Below, one piece after another: positions 52,111 to 64,000 of a stretch of DNA of 64,000 nucleotides. Source of the DNA: Lama guanicoe (taxonomy: Eukaryota); assembly GCA_013239625.1 (NCBI GenBank), contig MU054400.1, positions 3,845,802 to 3,909,801 on the forward strand, in the 5' to 3' direction. The position numbers and the translations under genes were made by a program. How positions within the stretch are numbered: the first letter of the stretch is position 1; every line of letters starts with the position of its first letter. Under the pieces are notes generated by a model. The model did not search any database, was not told the DNA's origin, and saw only the letters and a program-made list of their open reading frames with translations.

Positions 52111-55100
52111 AACTTTGCTGATAGGCTATATTTAATATAATATTATTCTTTTCAAGAAAGATGAGTTGTTAATTATGTTTTATTTTAATATCCTTTAAAG
52201 ACTTTTTATATAATTCTATGTCAGGCCATGTGTTTCTTGTTTCAAAGAACTTTTAATTTAGGTGAGGAGAAAACACAGACATATGTGAAAAGTCAGATGG
52301 CAGTGAAATCTTTGAATACTAATTCAAGGCAATAACAGACATGAGTAACATCTAATTTGTTGGTGTACAGTTTTACACCAACACATGTTTAGATAGGAAA
52401 TGTGTAGTGACTTAATAGCAGACATGTCAGAAAAATTAGAGTTGGTGTGAGACTCATGGCCCAAGTTGGTCAAGGACGAATTCAGAGTTGGAATTTGACC
52501 TAGTATATGTGGAGGTGTACAAAGTTGTTGAGATGTAAGGAGAATGAATGGGAACTCACTAAGCTGGCCTTTGTCTTTTCAATGAAACAGGGGCTGAGGC
52601 CACCTGTTCACAAGTCCATGGCACCTAGAATGTTGCCTGACAGATTATAAGTGCTTAGTAAATATTTACCAGATGACCAAATGAGTGAGTTTGGTTGAAT
52701 ACCAGTCAGGAGTATATTTCAACCTTGGAAGAGAGGAGATACAGTCTGAAACATCTACTTTGGACTACCAGCTAGGTAATCAATACGGTGGGAAGTAGCC
52801 ATGAAGCCATCTGAGTGACAGTTGGCTTCCATGAGGGGAATTAAATTGCCGGCATCTTTAAACCACTGCTGTTATGCCTATGAGTTTTCAAGAATCAGAG
52901 ACATCACAAGATTTCCACTTTTACTTAAAAAAATTCTGTACGTCCATAGTCTTTTCTGGGAGTTCAGAGAAATTAAAAGTAGACACTGTATGTACTTGTA
53001 TATTTCAGTGTTGGAAGAATGGGGTGGCAAAGTTTCTGCAGGTTTTGAGAGGGGAGATAATAGGAGATGCATGGGAACATTGCCTAGAAATCTGAAATGG
53101 CCTTACTATTGTTTTCCTTTCTTAAGTTCCCTTTCTAGTCCTTGACTCTCCAGGGTCATCAACATCAGAAAATTTCAGTGGTTCCAGCAAATATCCGCAA
53201 AAATAAATGAACAAAATTTGTTTTTAAGGGTTTAAACATGTTTATGTTAACTCTTTAATGTAGTATTTGCTAAAGGTTCTATAAATCTTTGGATAGGGTT
53301 TACTTTAAGAAATTTGCATCGTCCTTCTATTTCTTGGTCACTGGAGAAAGGAAACTAGTTAAAAGATTGAGAGTTCTGAGGTTAAATTCATCTTTTACTG
53401 CAGTTGCAAAGCCAGTAGGGGGAGCAGTGCACCTATCCTTTGATTTCTAGGATAGACTATAAGTGTATAGGCTGGATATTACTCAAATCGCCTAGATTTC
53501 ATCTAGAGAGAAAGGAGTCTGGGACTGTGATTTGATCTTTGACAATCATGATTTTGTGTTAAGGAATTAGCAGAGTTATAGAGTTCCTTTATTACCGAAT
53601 GTTGAGGAGGGTGCTGTATAAAAACGGGATTTTTTTGTTTTGTTTTGCTTCCCTAGTGAAAAGTCATTTGAACATTTTGTACCATTTCCACAAAAAACTG
53701 ACCTAAGTAAACTCATCAACTGGATTAGATTCTGGGCATCCAGGATTGCTTGCGTAATAGGTTGGGCATTTTCGCTAATCCTTGAAATCTTTGATGTGGC
53801 TGCAGAGTGGAGCTGGGATGCATTCTTCCTTCCTGTCTCATCAGCTCCCATTCCATGGGTCTCCAATGTCTGTGCTGCATCATTTCCACAGCTGACTTAG
53901 CAGAGATAGGACACCTCCTGTTCTCCCCTATCTTGCCTGACTCACCCCCACAGTGTTATTCTTCTCTAGCAACAGGGCGATGGGCTGAGCAAATGAGGCA
54001 GCAGCCCCTCCTTGACAGCTCACCTCCTTTTGCAACTGTCTGTTTATGCAACATTTTGCTCTTTCTTTCTTTCTCCATCAGATTCTCCCTATGTTTCTAG
54101 TTACTTATTCCGAGGGGCTTATGTGGGCTCTTTTCTTTGCCTTCACTACCTTTTGGCATTGAAATGAATGCTATGGTAATATTATCAGCCCATCTTTTAA
54201 AGCAATTCTTTGGGATACAATTCTTTCGATTCACTTTTGGTCTTGTGATATCTCTTGTATTTCTCGAGCAGGTGTTTAAATCTCTCCTTTTAACTTAGCA
54301 TTTTTCTTGTTTATGCCTTCTGTCTCCAGCTAGAAGGTAAATTAATACTTGTGGCTGGAAAGAAGCTCTTTTGACCTAGGATCTTGGTCTTCTATGTAAG
54401 AGTCAAAGCCCTTCTCACTTGGCTAAAAGTGTTTTAGGGGAAAAAAATATAGAAATCAATACTAACCAATGTTCTGCCCTCCACCCTTTTGAAAAAAGAA
54501 AAAGGGATTTGTACTTTTGGGGATCAACTTATTTTTCTCCTTTCGTTTGAGAGGTTTTGGTAAGTGTCCAACTCCAATAATATGTTAACATTTTCAGGGT
54601 CAATCCAGGTTAAAAAGTAAGTAAACTCTGTTTTCTTCTTGTTCTCTTTGGCTCTTTCTCACTGTCACCTTTAGCCCCCACCCCCTCCCCCATTTCTTTC
54701 CTAACAGGTCAGAAGCTGCCCTATGCTTGTTTCAGGTCAGTATGCTTGGGAGGAGAATTCCAGTCCATTGCTCAGTTAGTCACTAATCACTCTCATGTGA
54801 CATGCTTTGTGAGGTAGACGAACTGTTGTCCATTCTCAAAGTATAGCTATGGTGACAAAATCAGTACAAATGTCTCTGGCCATGTATTCAAAAAGGTCTT
54901 AAATATAAGAATTTGGAAAGGGCAGTTTTACCCTTTAAGGATAAAACATCCCATCTGTTTTGACCTTGTTTTACAATTGTTTCAGAGGTCAAGAAGGGAA
55001 CTGGATCTGTTTACTCCCCAACACCAGGAGGAGACGGAAAAAGGTTGAGTTTTGAGGCTGTGGGGAAATGGAATAGGTTTGGAGAAAGGCAGAAAGCCAG

Positions 55101-55339
55101 AGGGTAAGGCTATTATAATAGAAGTGGAAGAACTGAGATCAAGAACTCAGAATGAGGGACCAGGTTTTGTGAGGATTCCAGGTGTGTTTTATGTCCACAG
55201 GAAATGAAGGTAGAAGGGGTTACAGAGAGTGAAGTTAAAAAAATGAACTTACCGTGTCTGAAGAGCCATTACTGTTGAACTGAGAGTTTCAAAGTTTGGT
55301 GAGGGAAGTTCAATTCATCATTCTGCTCTGAGAAACAGC

Positions 55340-56550
55340 AGTCTTACTGCCTTCGTGACTGCTTTGTCCGATATTTATTTAACTGTTACAGCTCTTGTTT
55401 GTTGTATGTATACTTAGTATATGTTTCCCCATGTTTATCAATCATGTGTCCTTTGATTTTAGGCTCATCACTTACAGACTGCATAACCTGGCTTCTGATT
55501 TTTTTTTAAAAAACTTAGTTTTACTTTCATTGCTTTTATTTAGTCCATTTAGTTTTGTTATAGATTTTCTTTTTGTCTCATTTTTTTCTAGTCTTCCCCC
55601 TTTCCTTTTAAAAAAATTCTTTCTTGATATCCTTTGGATTTAGCTTTTGTTTGTTTTTGCTTTTTTTCTAATTCTATTTTTGTTTGGAAGTTATATTCTA
55701 TCTTTAAGTCCTGTCAAAGCGAATTTAATGTATATACTTGTCAAAGTTTAAGCTAATCAGTCTCCTTATTGTTCTCTGAAAAAATAAGCCTTAGAATGCT
55801 TAAAATATTCACCCCTTCCCCTTTATACACTATTGCAGTTATAGTTTATCTCTAGAGTGTTTTCTGCCACAAACCAGAGTGTTGTTATTTCAGACAGTGA
55901 ATTTTTTTATATTTATTTGCCTATTTACTACTAAAGTATCTCTGCTCAGCATTTTTTAACATCCAGTCCTTTTGATCTTGGATAATCCTCTTGCCTGAAG
56001 AGTAGTCCTTACAATGTTTTAGTTTATCTGAAAATGTCCTTATTGCACCTCATTCTTGAAAAGTATTTTCCCAGTACTTTATTATGAAGATTTTCAAACA
56101 TATAGCAAAGTTGAAAGAATGTTATAGTGACTACCCATGTACTAACCACCTGGAGTCTACCATTATTATTTGAAAAGAATATTTGCTGGAACTAGAGTTC
56201 CAGGTTGCTGTCATTTTCTTTCATTCAGTGTCATCTTTTGGCTTCCAGTGGATGGATATCAAGAAGGCAGCCATCAGTCCTACTGCCATTTCTCTGTAGA
56301 TTATCTATTTTCTCTCTCTGGCTGGTTATTAAAGTACTTTACATCTCTGACATTCTTCAGTTTCACTGTGATATGTGTGATATATGTTTGCTTTGGTTTC
56401 ATTGAGCGCCATGATCCAAAGACTGTTATCTTTCAGCAATTTTGAAGTCTCATCCATTATGTCTTTAAATATAATTTCTTCTTTATTCTCTCTAATAATT
56501 CCTTCTGCAGCTACTTTAAGCTAACCTCTCTACTTTAAGATTCTCTGTAC
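55340..56550 (-). mobile_element. Old L1 fragments
   Basis: Degenerate T-rich antisense L1-like sequence. Confidence 0.55.
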
Positions 56551-59356
56551 TGTCTAAACAATAAGAATTGGTGCTGCAAGCACTAGTGAGGGCCACCTGG
56601 TGAGTACTGATCCCCAGGAGTGATTTCCCCTTCTCTCCCTTCTCTTCAGCTTCAAGGATGGGGTAGGCAGGTTTACATGCCATCCTGTTCCTTGTGATGG
56701 AGTTGAGTTCTTTATCACTCTCACTTGGCAGGTGTCACCCTGTGAGGGCCTCAGCTTCACGCAGAGATCTTCTGTCACATTCTCCACCTCGGCAGGACCT
56801 GGGCTTTACTCCCTGTCTTTTTCTGCACTGCCTTCCTCCTTGCAGACATGAAAGTTGAAACTCAGTGACTCTCGGCACGTGCAGAAAACTTCAGGTGACG
56901 ACAGATCTGGCATCTGTCCTCAGAATCGGGGCCAGTTAAGTAACATATGCATAGGGATTGTGGGTGGACTTGGCTGAATAAAATGGGCAAAAGCCTCATG
57001 AGTCATTTCAAGGCGTGGTTATCAGAAACTTAAATCCAAAGGAAAGCTTCTTCCAATCAAATGCTGGACTTTCTGGAGACATTGATTCCCGGATGTAACT
57101 CACAGTTACTTGACTGTGTCTGTTGATGAGGAAACATAACTTTTAGAAATGATCACTAGTTTAGGTGTACTAGTCCAGAGATAATGTGTTGTCATCCATA
57201 TAGCAAAATGCGGCTTCCCAAATATCAACTCAATTCAAAACTTTTATTTCTATTCTAGGTAAACTTTCTAAGCATTTGGAAACTTTTTTTTTTTGAGTAT
57301 CAAGTTGACTTCTTTGGGGGACCAGATGTAATCTCAGGACTTTTAAAAATTCTGATTGTTAGAATTGTGTTTATACTGGCTAAAACTGTGTATATTATTT
57401 ATAGAAGGAATGATTTGTAAGTGCAGTCTTATCATTCATCATCAATGCTTGATAGTTTCTGTAACTATTTCAGGATGTAAATTAAATATCACTTGCCACT
57501 TGACTACATTTCTTTTGGTAGCTTGTGCCAACTATGTTTTGACCACATCTGAAAAAATTATGTTGTAGTTTGTTCTTTTGGAATATGTAATGTATACTTT
57601 GGCAGTTAATGAAAAGAGATACACGTCATGAAGATTTAAGTTTTTAACATCCTTATATCATCTTAATACATGATTCAGTGGAGACACAGATGTATGGACA
57701 AAGAGGAGCTGTAAGGGAATCTATGCCTTTTACATTAGGAGAGTAAAGCAAATGATGAACGTGTCCTAAAGTGCTGTGTTGCTATTTGTATTTCCTAAAT
57801 CATGGAACTGTGGTGGGTTTTCAGCTAGATTTCACATATAACAAGCCAATAATGAAATCACTATTTTTATAACCATTATTAGTTTGCCACAAGCATAACT
57901 TCAGCAGTAACCTCTTATTCTTTTAATGCTTTGTATATTTAACATTAGATAGTTCTTACTGTCTTTTATTCTTTCACCTTGTGGGGTATCAGCACTGTAA
58001 TCATGTTCAATAAAAGTAAGAAATAAATGTGTATGTGAACAAACATATGAAACTCATTGAACAAAGTGGAGCTCTTAAAGCATTAACAAATCTCTTAACA
58101 ATGTCTAATTTATTATCAGAAAACCATTTAGACAAATATTATCAGAGAACATTTAGACATTTAGACAACCATTTAGACAGGCAATAGGACTGAATAAGTA
58201 ATTTGAGTACTGCATATTATTTTAGATATTAGTATAATTTCTCACATATAAGCCATGTGTTTTCAAAACTGATTTGTTTAATTTCCAAAATTTATTTTGA
58301 AATACACGTTTTCTGCCCACTGGAATGTAAGCTTCATGAGGACAGGGACTTTGGTTTGTTCATCATTAATTTCTAGTTTGGGACATAATAGTCACGAACA
58401 TTTTTGTCAAGGAACAAGTAAATATTTAATTAGGAATTAATTAATAGTGGAAAAATATTTTAGTAAATAGACGAAATCAAATGTAGTCTTAATTTCAGTC
58501 AATATTTCTTCAAAACTGTTTATTTAATATGTTTTGTGGCTATCGGGTTAGGTGCATACAGATTTAAAGCAAGTATATTTTCCTGATGTCTTGTTCTTTT
58601 TAATCATTAAATAACGACCCTCTTAATTTGAAATAATAATTTTTTTGACAAAGTCTCTGTCAAATATTGCTATACTGGTTTCTTCCTGCCCTCTCTCCGC
58701 AATCCCTCCCTCCCTCCTTTCTTTCCTTGCCCTTCATCCTCCTCCTCCCTTCTCTTTCTGTCTCCCCCCCACTTCCTCATCCTTATCCTCCTCTTCCTTC
58801 TTAGTATTTGCCTGTATATCCTCTTTTATCCTTTCATTAGTTTACTTTTGACCTTTTCGAGCCCTTATAGATATGTTTATTGTCTGTTCTTTAAAATCTT
58901 GTCTGAGAATCTTCCCTTTTGCAGGCACATTTATTTCGTTTACAGTCACTTTGACTACTAGCACACTGAACTCATTTTAATCATCTTAATTTGCGTTTCT
59001 TTTTCTCATGCCCCCCTTTTTTTGCTTTCATTTTTTTCTTTCCTAACTTGTCTTGGAAAAACTGAGTTTTCTTTATTCCTAGCCCCCATTCCAACCAGCG
59101 ATTTGGAAGTTCTATATTTTAATGTCTGGTCTTTCAATAGTCAGCCTTAAAAGTTTAACATCAACACATGACTTAATATGATTTAATATTAATTAATAGC
59201 TCTATACTCATACCCTCAGATACATATTAGCTCTCTCCTCCCATTCCACATTCCACCGATTATTTTATTATTCTTAAAATAATGTTCTTATTTGTTTGTC
59301 AGTGCTTATTTATTGCTTCACTTTTCTTCTTCTTGAAGCACATTTGTCTTTTAGTT

Positions 59357-59433
59357 TTAGTTTGAATCATATGAAATTGTCATTTTTGTGCATCAAAAAC
59401 GGCCAAATAGACATTTCATATGGTTCAACCTAA
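59357..59433. mobile_element. MADE2-type mariner MITE (palindromic)
   Basis: TIRs ttagtttgaatcatatgaaat ... atttcatatggttcaacctaa, about 77 bp. Confidence 0.8.
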
Positions 59434-59840
59434 TAGTTATTCCAGGAAGGAAGTATGGGTAGTAAATGTTTTTGATCTAAAAATCTAAAAATATTTTCAT
59501 TTTACTATCACTTCTATATACTTTAGCTATATGTACCCTCTACCTAGGTTATTTCCCCTCATTGCTTAAAGATATTTCACTGTCTTCTGGAATCATCGTG
59601 GGTCATGAGAAGTCCGCTGTCAGTCTAATTGCCATTTATTTATAGATAATTTATCTTTACTTTTTCATTCCTTTGTTACTGAAGTTTTGAAGGTTTTTCT
59701 ATAATATATCTGGATGTGGATATTTTTATTTGTTTTTAACTTCAATGAGTTTGTCCGTTTTTCTAGAAGTTCTATTTGGCTTTTTTTTAAAGTTGGCCTG
59801 TTCATTTTCTGTGTCTAATCTTTGTCTAATCTTTCCTTAT

Positions 59841-59999
59841 TTACTTATTTATTTACTTATTTATTTATTGAGTTATAGTCATTTTACAATGTTGTGTCAA
59901 ATTTCAGTGTGGAGCACAATTTTTCAGTTATACATGAACATACATATATTCATTGTCACATTTTTTTTTTCACTGTGAGCTACCACAAGATCTTATCTA
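59841..59999 (-). mobile_element. Young lineage-specific L1 3' end with 9-bp TSD
   Basis: (TTTA)n tail, ttgagttatagtcattttacaatgttgtgtc; TSD tttccttat at 59832-59840 and 60000-60008. Confidence 0.8.
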
Positions 60000-61546
60000 T
60001 TTCCTTATGGTTTTTGTTCCTTCATTATCTCTTTGTTAATTTTAAATAAGCTTGTTTGTAGTCTCTTTCATACTTTATATAATCTATATTTTGGGAGTGC
60101 TGATTTTTCTGTTGATGCATTTTTGAATCTCCTCCTTAGTGTCTTGATTTCTCATTGGATTTATAAATGATTTTCAGCTATGCTGACCCTCACCCTGTCC
60201 CCGCCCTCCTGGGATTTTCTTAAGCCCTTATTTTTAAAGTTCCCCAAAGAGTGGTTTCACACTTTCTAGGATGCTAAGAGTGCTTTTTATAGCAACAATT
60301 TTTGTATCAGTGCCAACTGCATGGTTTGTGATGCCTTAATCACGTGGGTGTTACACGTTTAAACCCTACACCTATGTGCAGTGGGTATCTGGAGTTTTGA
60401 TTTCTTACAGTTGATTTGTTTTTCACCCAAGACCCTAGAGAGGTTGCAAGCTTTTGAATTGCTTTTACAGTCAAGTGGGAGGAATTACTTGTCTTTTCAT
60501 GGAGGAGATAGTTCTTCAAGGCTCCTTGCTTACACAGGATGTCTAACTATAGCTTTTCCCCTCTGTGTAGACATTCTATCTCCTGTCCTCACAGAGGCAT
60601 TAATCCTGAGCCTCTGTAGTCTGTGATTGAGGTTGAAACTGCTCTTGGGTCCTGTTTTTGCTCTGGCTTTGATTTCTCTGTTTGTCTGGAACATGGGAAT
60701 TTTCTAATTTTTCCTAGCATGGCCGTGTGTTAATTTTTTTGTTTTGCTTCATTTTGCTCATTTAATTTGACCTGTTTCTTAGTTTCTCTTTATGTTCGTT
60801 ATCTTTTATTCTATCTTGACCTTTTTTGTTGCTTCTAGTTGAGGCTTTAACATTCTTAATGTGATATATTTTAAAGTAAGCTGTATTATCTTCAAAGTTT
60901 GATATAAATTTAATCCATAATACATATATAACAACTCTTTTATCCAGATGCCTTTTACCTGGCATTTACACCCCTAAATGAATGTATTCTTATAGTTGTG
61001 AAAAACGAATTTGTTGAAAATTAACCCTCTCTAGATGGCGGACTTTTCCTAAGAAAGTAGGCATAAACTTTTAAATGATAATTTTCTTCTCTCATCCTTA
61101 TTAATTTAGATTGCTGAAATTAAGGACTTGGAGGATATCTGTATCGAAAGGCTAATATAGGATTTTTAAAGCAAGACATTTTAGAATAATAAATAATTTT
61201 TCATTCCTTTTTACTTTTTATTCTTCTTGATACGTATTTCAAACAATAAAATGGAACTAACAACTCACCTTGCAGGATCATTAGGTCTTAAAGATGTTGT
61301 TTTCTTGGGTAAGCACCTGTTATTTATATATTGTTTATTGGTGGAGAGTGCTAATTTTTAAAAGAAATGATAGACTGTGGTCAGTAAATCCTACTGTTTG
61401 TACTAAGGATATTTCATTTAATGAGTCTTTGGACAATTGACAGACACTGTGTTCTATTTTTTATGGCTCTTTTTTTTTTTTTACTAATTACAAAAAAGCA
61501 GGTAACTAAAATAACTTTTACAGCATAGCAGAACATTTACTGTACA

Positions 61547-61557
61547 TGCACACGTGT

Positions 61558-61596
<39 letters not shown>
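61547..61596. repeat. (CA)n microsatellite
   Basis: Seen directly. Confidence 0.9.
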
Positions 61597-64000
61597 TGAC
61601 CTATTCTTTCACGCCACCAACGTCATTTTCATTTACTTTTTGTTTTTTCTGGCAACAGTGGAACATGCCCTGACAACCCACCTTCCACTATAAATATTTT
61701 AAAAACTAGGCAGGAGAGAGCCATCCCTTAACCACAGTCATATAACGTAATGAAGGATACACACAGCTGCAGCAACACTCCGTAATTACTTAATTTGTTT
61801 TTGACAGCTCCTATTCGCAGCGTGGAGGAAAGTATGAACCACACGTGGGTGAGGATTTCACATACGCCTGAATTTGTTTGTCATTTGTGAATATTCACAC
61901 ATTTTCTTGGAAATTGGCACAAATTGTGGGGCAGGAAATCAAAGCCAACATCACCCTTTTCCCAGCAGAGAGAGAGCTCAGGATGTTTGCTGTCCATGGA
62001 AAGTTGAAGCAAAAGCTCAAGCCAGCATCTCCTGGCCAAAGGGAAGAAGTAGTCAGTTAGCAAGCACTTTCCAGCCTGTAGCATTAGAGGGACAGAGCGA
62101 GTTAAGAATGTAGGCCTTGCTTATCAGGTGTAAGAGCTCATTTTAATGAATAAATGGAGCCTGAGCCAGGCCATCGTGTTTATTATTCCAAGCCACCTTT
62201 CATAACAGTTATGTGTTGGGTGGGGTGATCCTTCTTTCCATGGTTTCTGTAACCCAGCTGTGGGGTTCAGCTTGCCCCTCACCACGCTCTTCTTAGGGAG
62301 CTAGTGTTGGCCCATGTAGGATGGAGGTTGATGGGGATGTTTCCTGGATCCCCTGAGGCACATCCTGAGCTATCTGGGATTGCACACTTTGTGGGAATTG
62401 GTCTAGAGAGGGAATTAAGGCAAGATGAAGCCCTTTGATCAGAGATATGTGATTGTGATTTGGGCTCTTTTTGTGGAGAGGGTATGAGAAATCTTCTATC
62501 CCAGTCGGGAGTTGGAGTGGTGATCCAGAACAACAGATCCAGACAATTCTGTGAGGGGATGCTGGAAACCGTACAAAGTGGGCAACACAGGGACAATGGG
62601 ACACTTTGAGTTAGCTCAGACTTACTTACTTTTATTTCTTTTTGTCATTGTTATTTACAATGTTAATTTATGATCATTATAACTACTTAAACAACATAAA
62701 AATGTATAAAGAAAAATTTCATGCTATCCTCTCACCCCCAACTCCATCTGTGGTAACCAGATGTTAATACCTAAAATAAATGTTTTTCCACTCCTTTTTT
62801 TGTCCATACAAAGATACACACACAAAACATATATTCATACACCTACATGGAGGTTATTTTTAGTTTTCTGTTTAACTAGGATTATAATATAGAAATTCTG
62901 TATATGTATTATATTGGATTTTTTTTGACCTATTCTTTCATTTTTCTTTGCTGAAGAAGTCTAGCAAATTTCTTTTCTCACTTTACACAATGTAGGATTC
63001 CTTGTGGGGTGATAGTTGTAGATCCAAACTCACTTTAAAAAAGAAAACTGTGCAATGTTTCATATTACTTAGGTATTACAATTTTTTCAGCCAGTTGGTA
63101 GACATTATGCAAGAAATGCATACCTGTTTCTTGTCTTAGGGGAAATAGGAGATGAGAAATACGAATTTCCCTTTTAAGAATGAAAGTTAAGTATTAAACA
63201 GTAAGGTTCTTGCTAACTTGATTCTCAGGGCTAAGAAGCTGAAAAACAAGTGCATTTCAGTTTTGTTCTCAAGTTCCTGACACATAAGGAGAAAAGGGCA
63301 AGAATTTTCCTAGTCCTAATAAACTTTTCTACACATATAGAGGCTACAGAGTTTAGTTATTTCAGAAGTTTTAGGAACACTGTTTAGATAACTACGTAAG
63401 TCATAAAACAGTGTTTATTGTGAAAATTGATGATAATTGTAAAATGTAACAGCTAATGTAATGATTCATCAGGAAGCTTATTAAACCTTTCATAAAGGCC
63501 CATTGTACTCAGAATCTAGTGATGCTTATTTTGTCTTGGGTGTGTTAGGTGAACAATGAACTTAGATATCTTCTTATTGGAGTAGATTAAAAAAAGCATC
63601 TTCTGTCTATGATACCAAATACAATGCCTTGTGTCTTAGGTTAGCTCTTTATTCCACAGTACTGAAACCACTACAAATAACCGGCAATCAAAGCACTACT
63701 TTATAGATCTTCATTACTCACAGCAGGGTTACTGAGTTAGGGGGTAGGTAGGCATTGATAGAGCAATTCATGTTGCTTTGTTGCTCAAGTTGTTATACTA
63801 CTTCAGAAAGGGACACTGGGGGACATGCCAACTTCAAGCTGCCCTCTTTCCAGCTGACTCCCTATTTTAAAGTATGATATAAATAAATAGTTTAAATAGT
63901 TTATCCCCATCTGGTCTTCATTTGTTCTTGAGATGAGAATTTAGAAATGGTGTACAGTCCAGACACAAGTCCCCTATATCTCCTGCTCAGATTTTTAATC

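Larger units (their letters stand above)
58470..60750 (-). mobile_element. Old L1 (L1M) fragments with nested elements
   Basis: Degenerate antisense L1 motifs (ttaggtgcatacagattt..., gagaagtccgctgtcagtctaatt). Confidence 0.6.

Noticed and set aside
1..64000. CRISPR arrays, rRNA, operon-like or novel multi-gene system
   Set aside because: No regularly spaced repeat-spacer arrays or dense ORFs; the window is explained by one intron-containing gene, one retrocopy and mammalian repeats.

Overview
Mammalian genomic DNA, most likely a camelid: it carries six copies of a tRNA-derived SINE resembling vic-1, and I recognised no Alu, Bov-A/BovB or PRE1 elements. The left 24 kb holds the 5' part of TUT7 (ZCCHC6, terminal uridylyltransferase 7) on the minus strand. 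This comprises a CpG-island promoter, non-coding exon 1 and ten coding exons (exons 2-11; 1608 nt, 536 codons), all with GT-AG introns and a continuous frame. The gene runs off the left edge. The remaining 40 kb is repeat-rich intergenic DNA (L1, L2, MIR, ERV1/MaLR LTRs, MER20, MER53, MER58, MER82, MADE2). It contains a full-length processed GNPDA1 pseudogene (about 47.67-50.09 kb, minus strand) inserted into an older L1. I found no convincing new biological system. The most interesting signals are: a tandem array of CpG-decayed CLEAR/E-box motifs in the retrocopy's 5' end; two independent insertions at the same homologous L1 3'UTR site; an inverted self-copy inside the host L1; and candidate TUT7 regulatory features (uORF, weak donors, possible poison exon). 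Repeat family names and gene identities come from recalled sequences, not a database search, and old-repeat boundaries are approximate.
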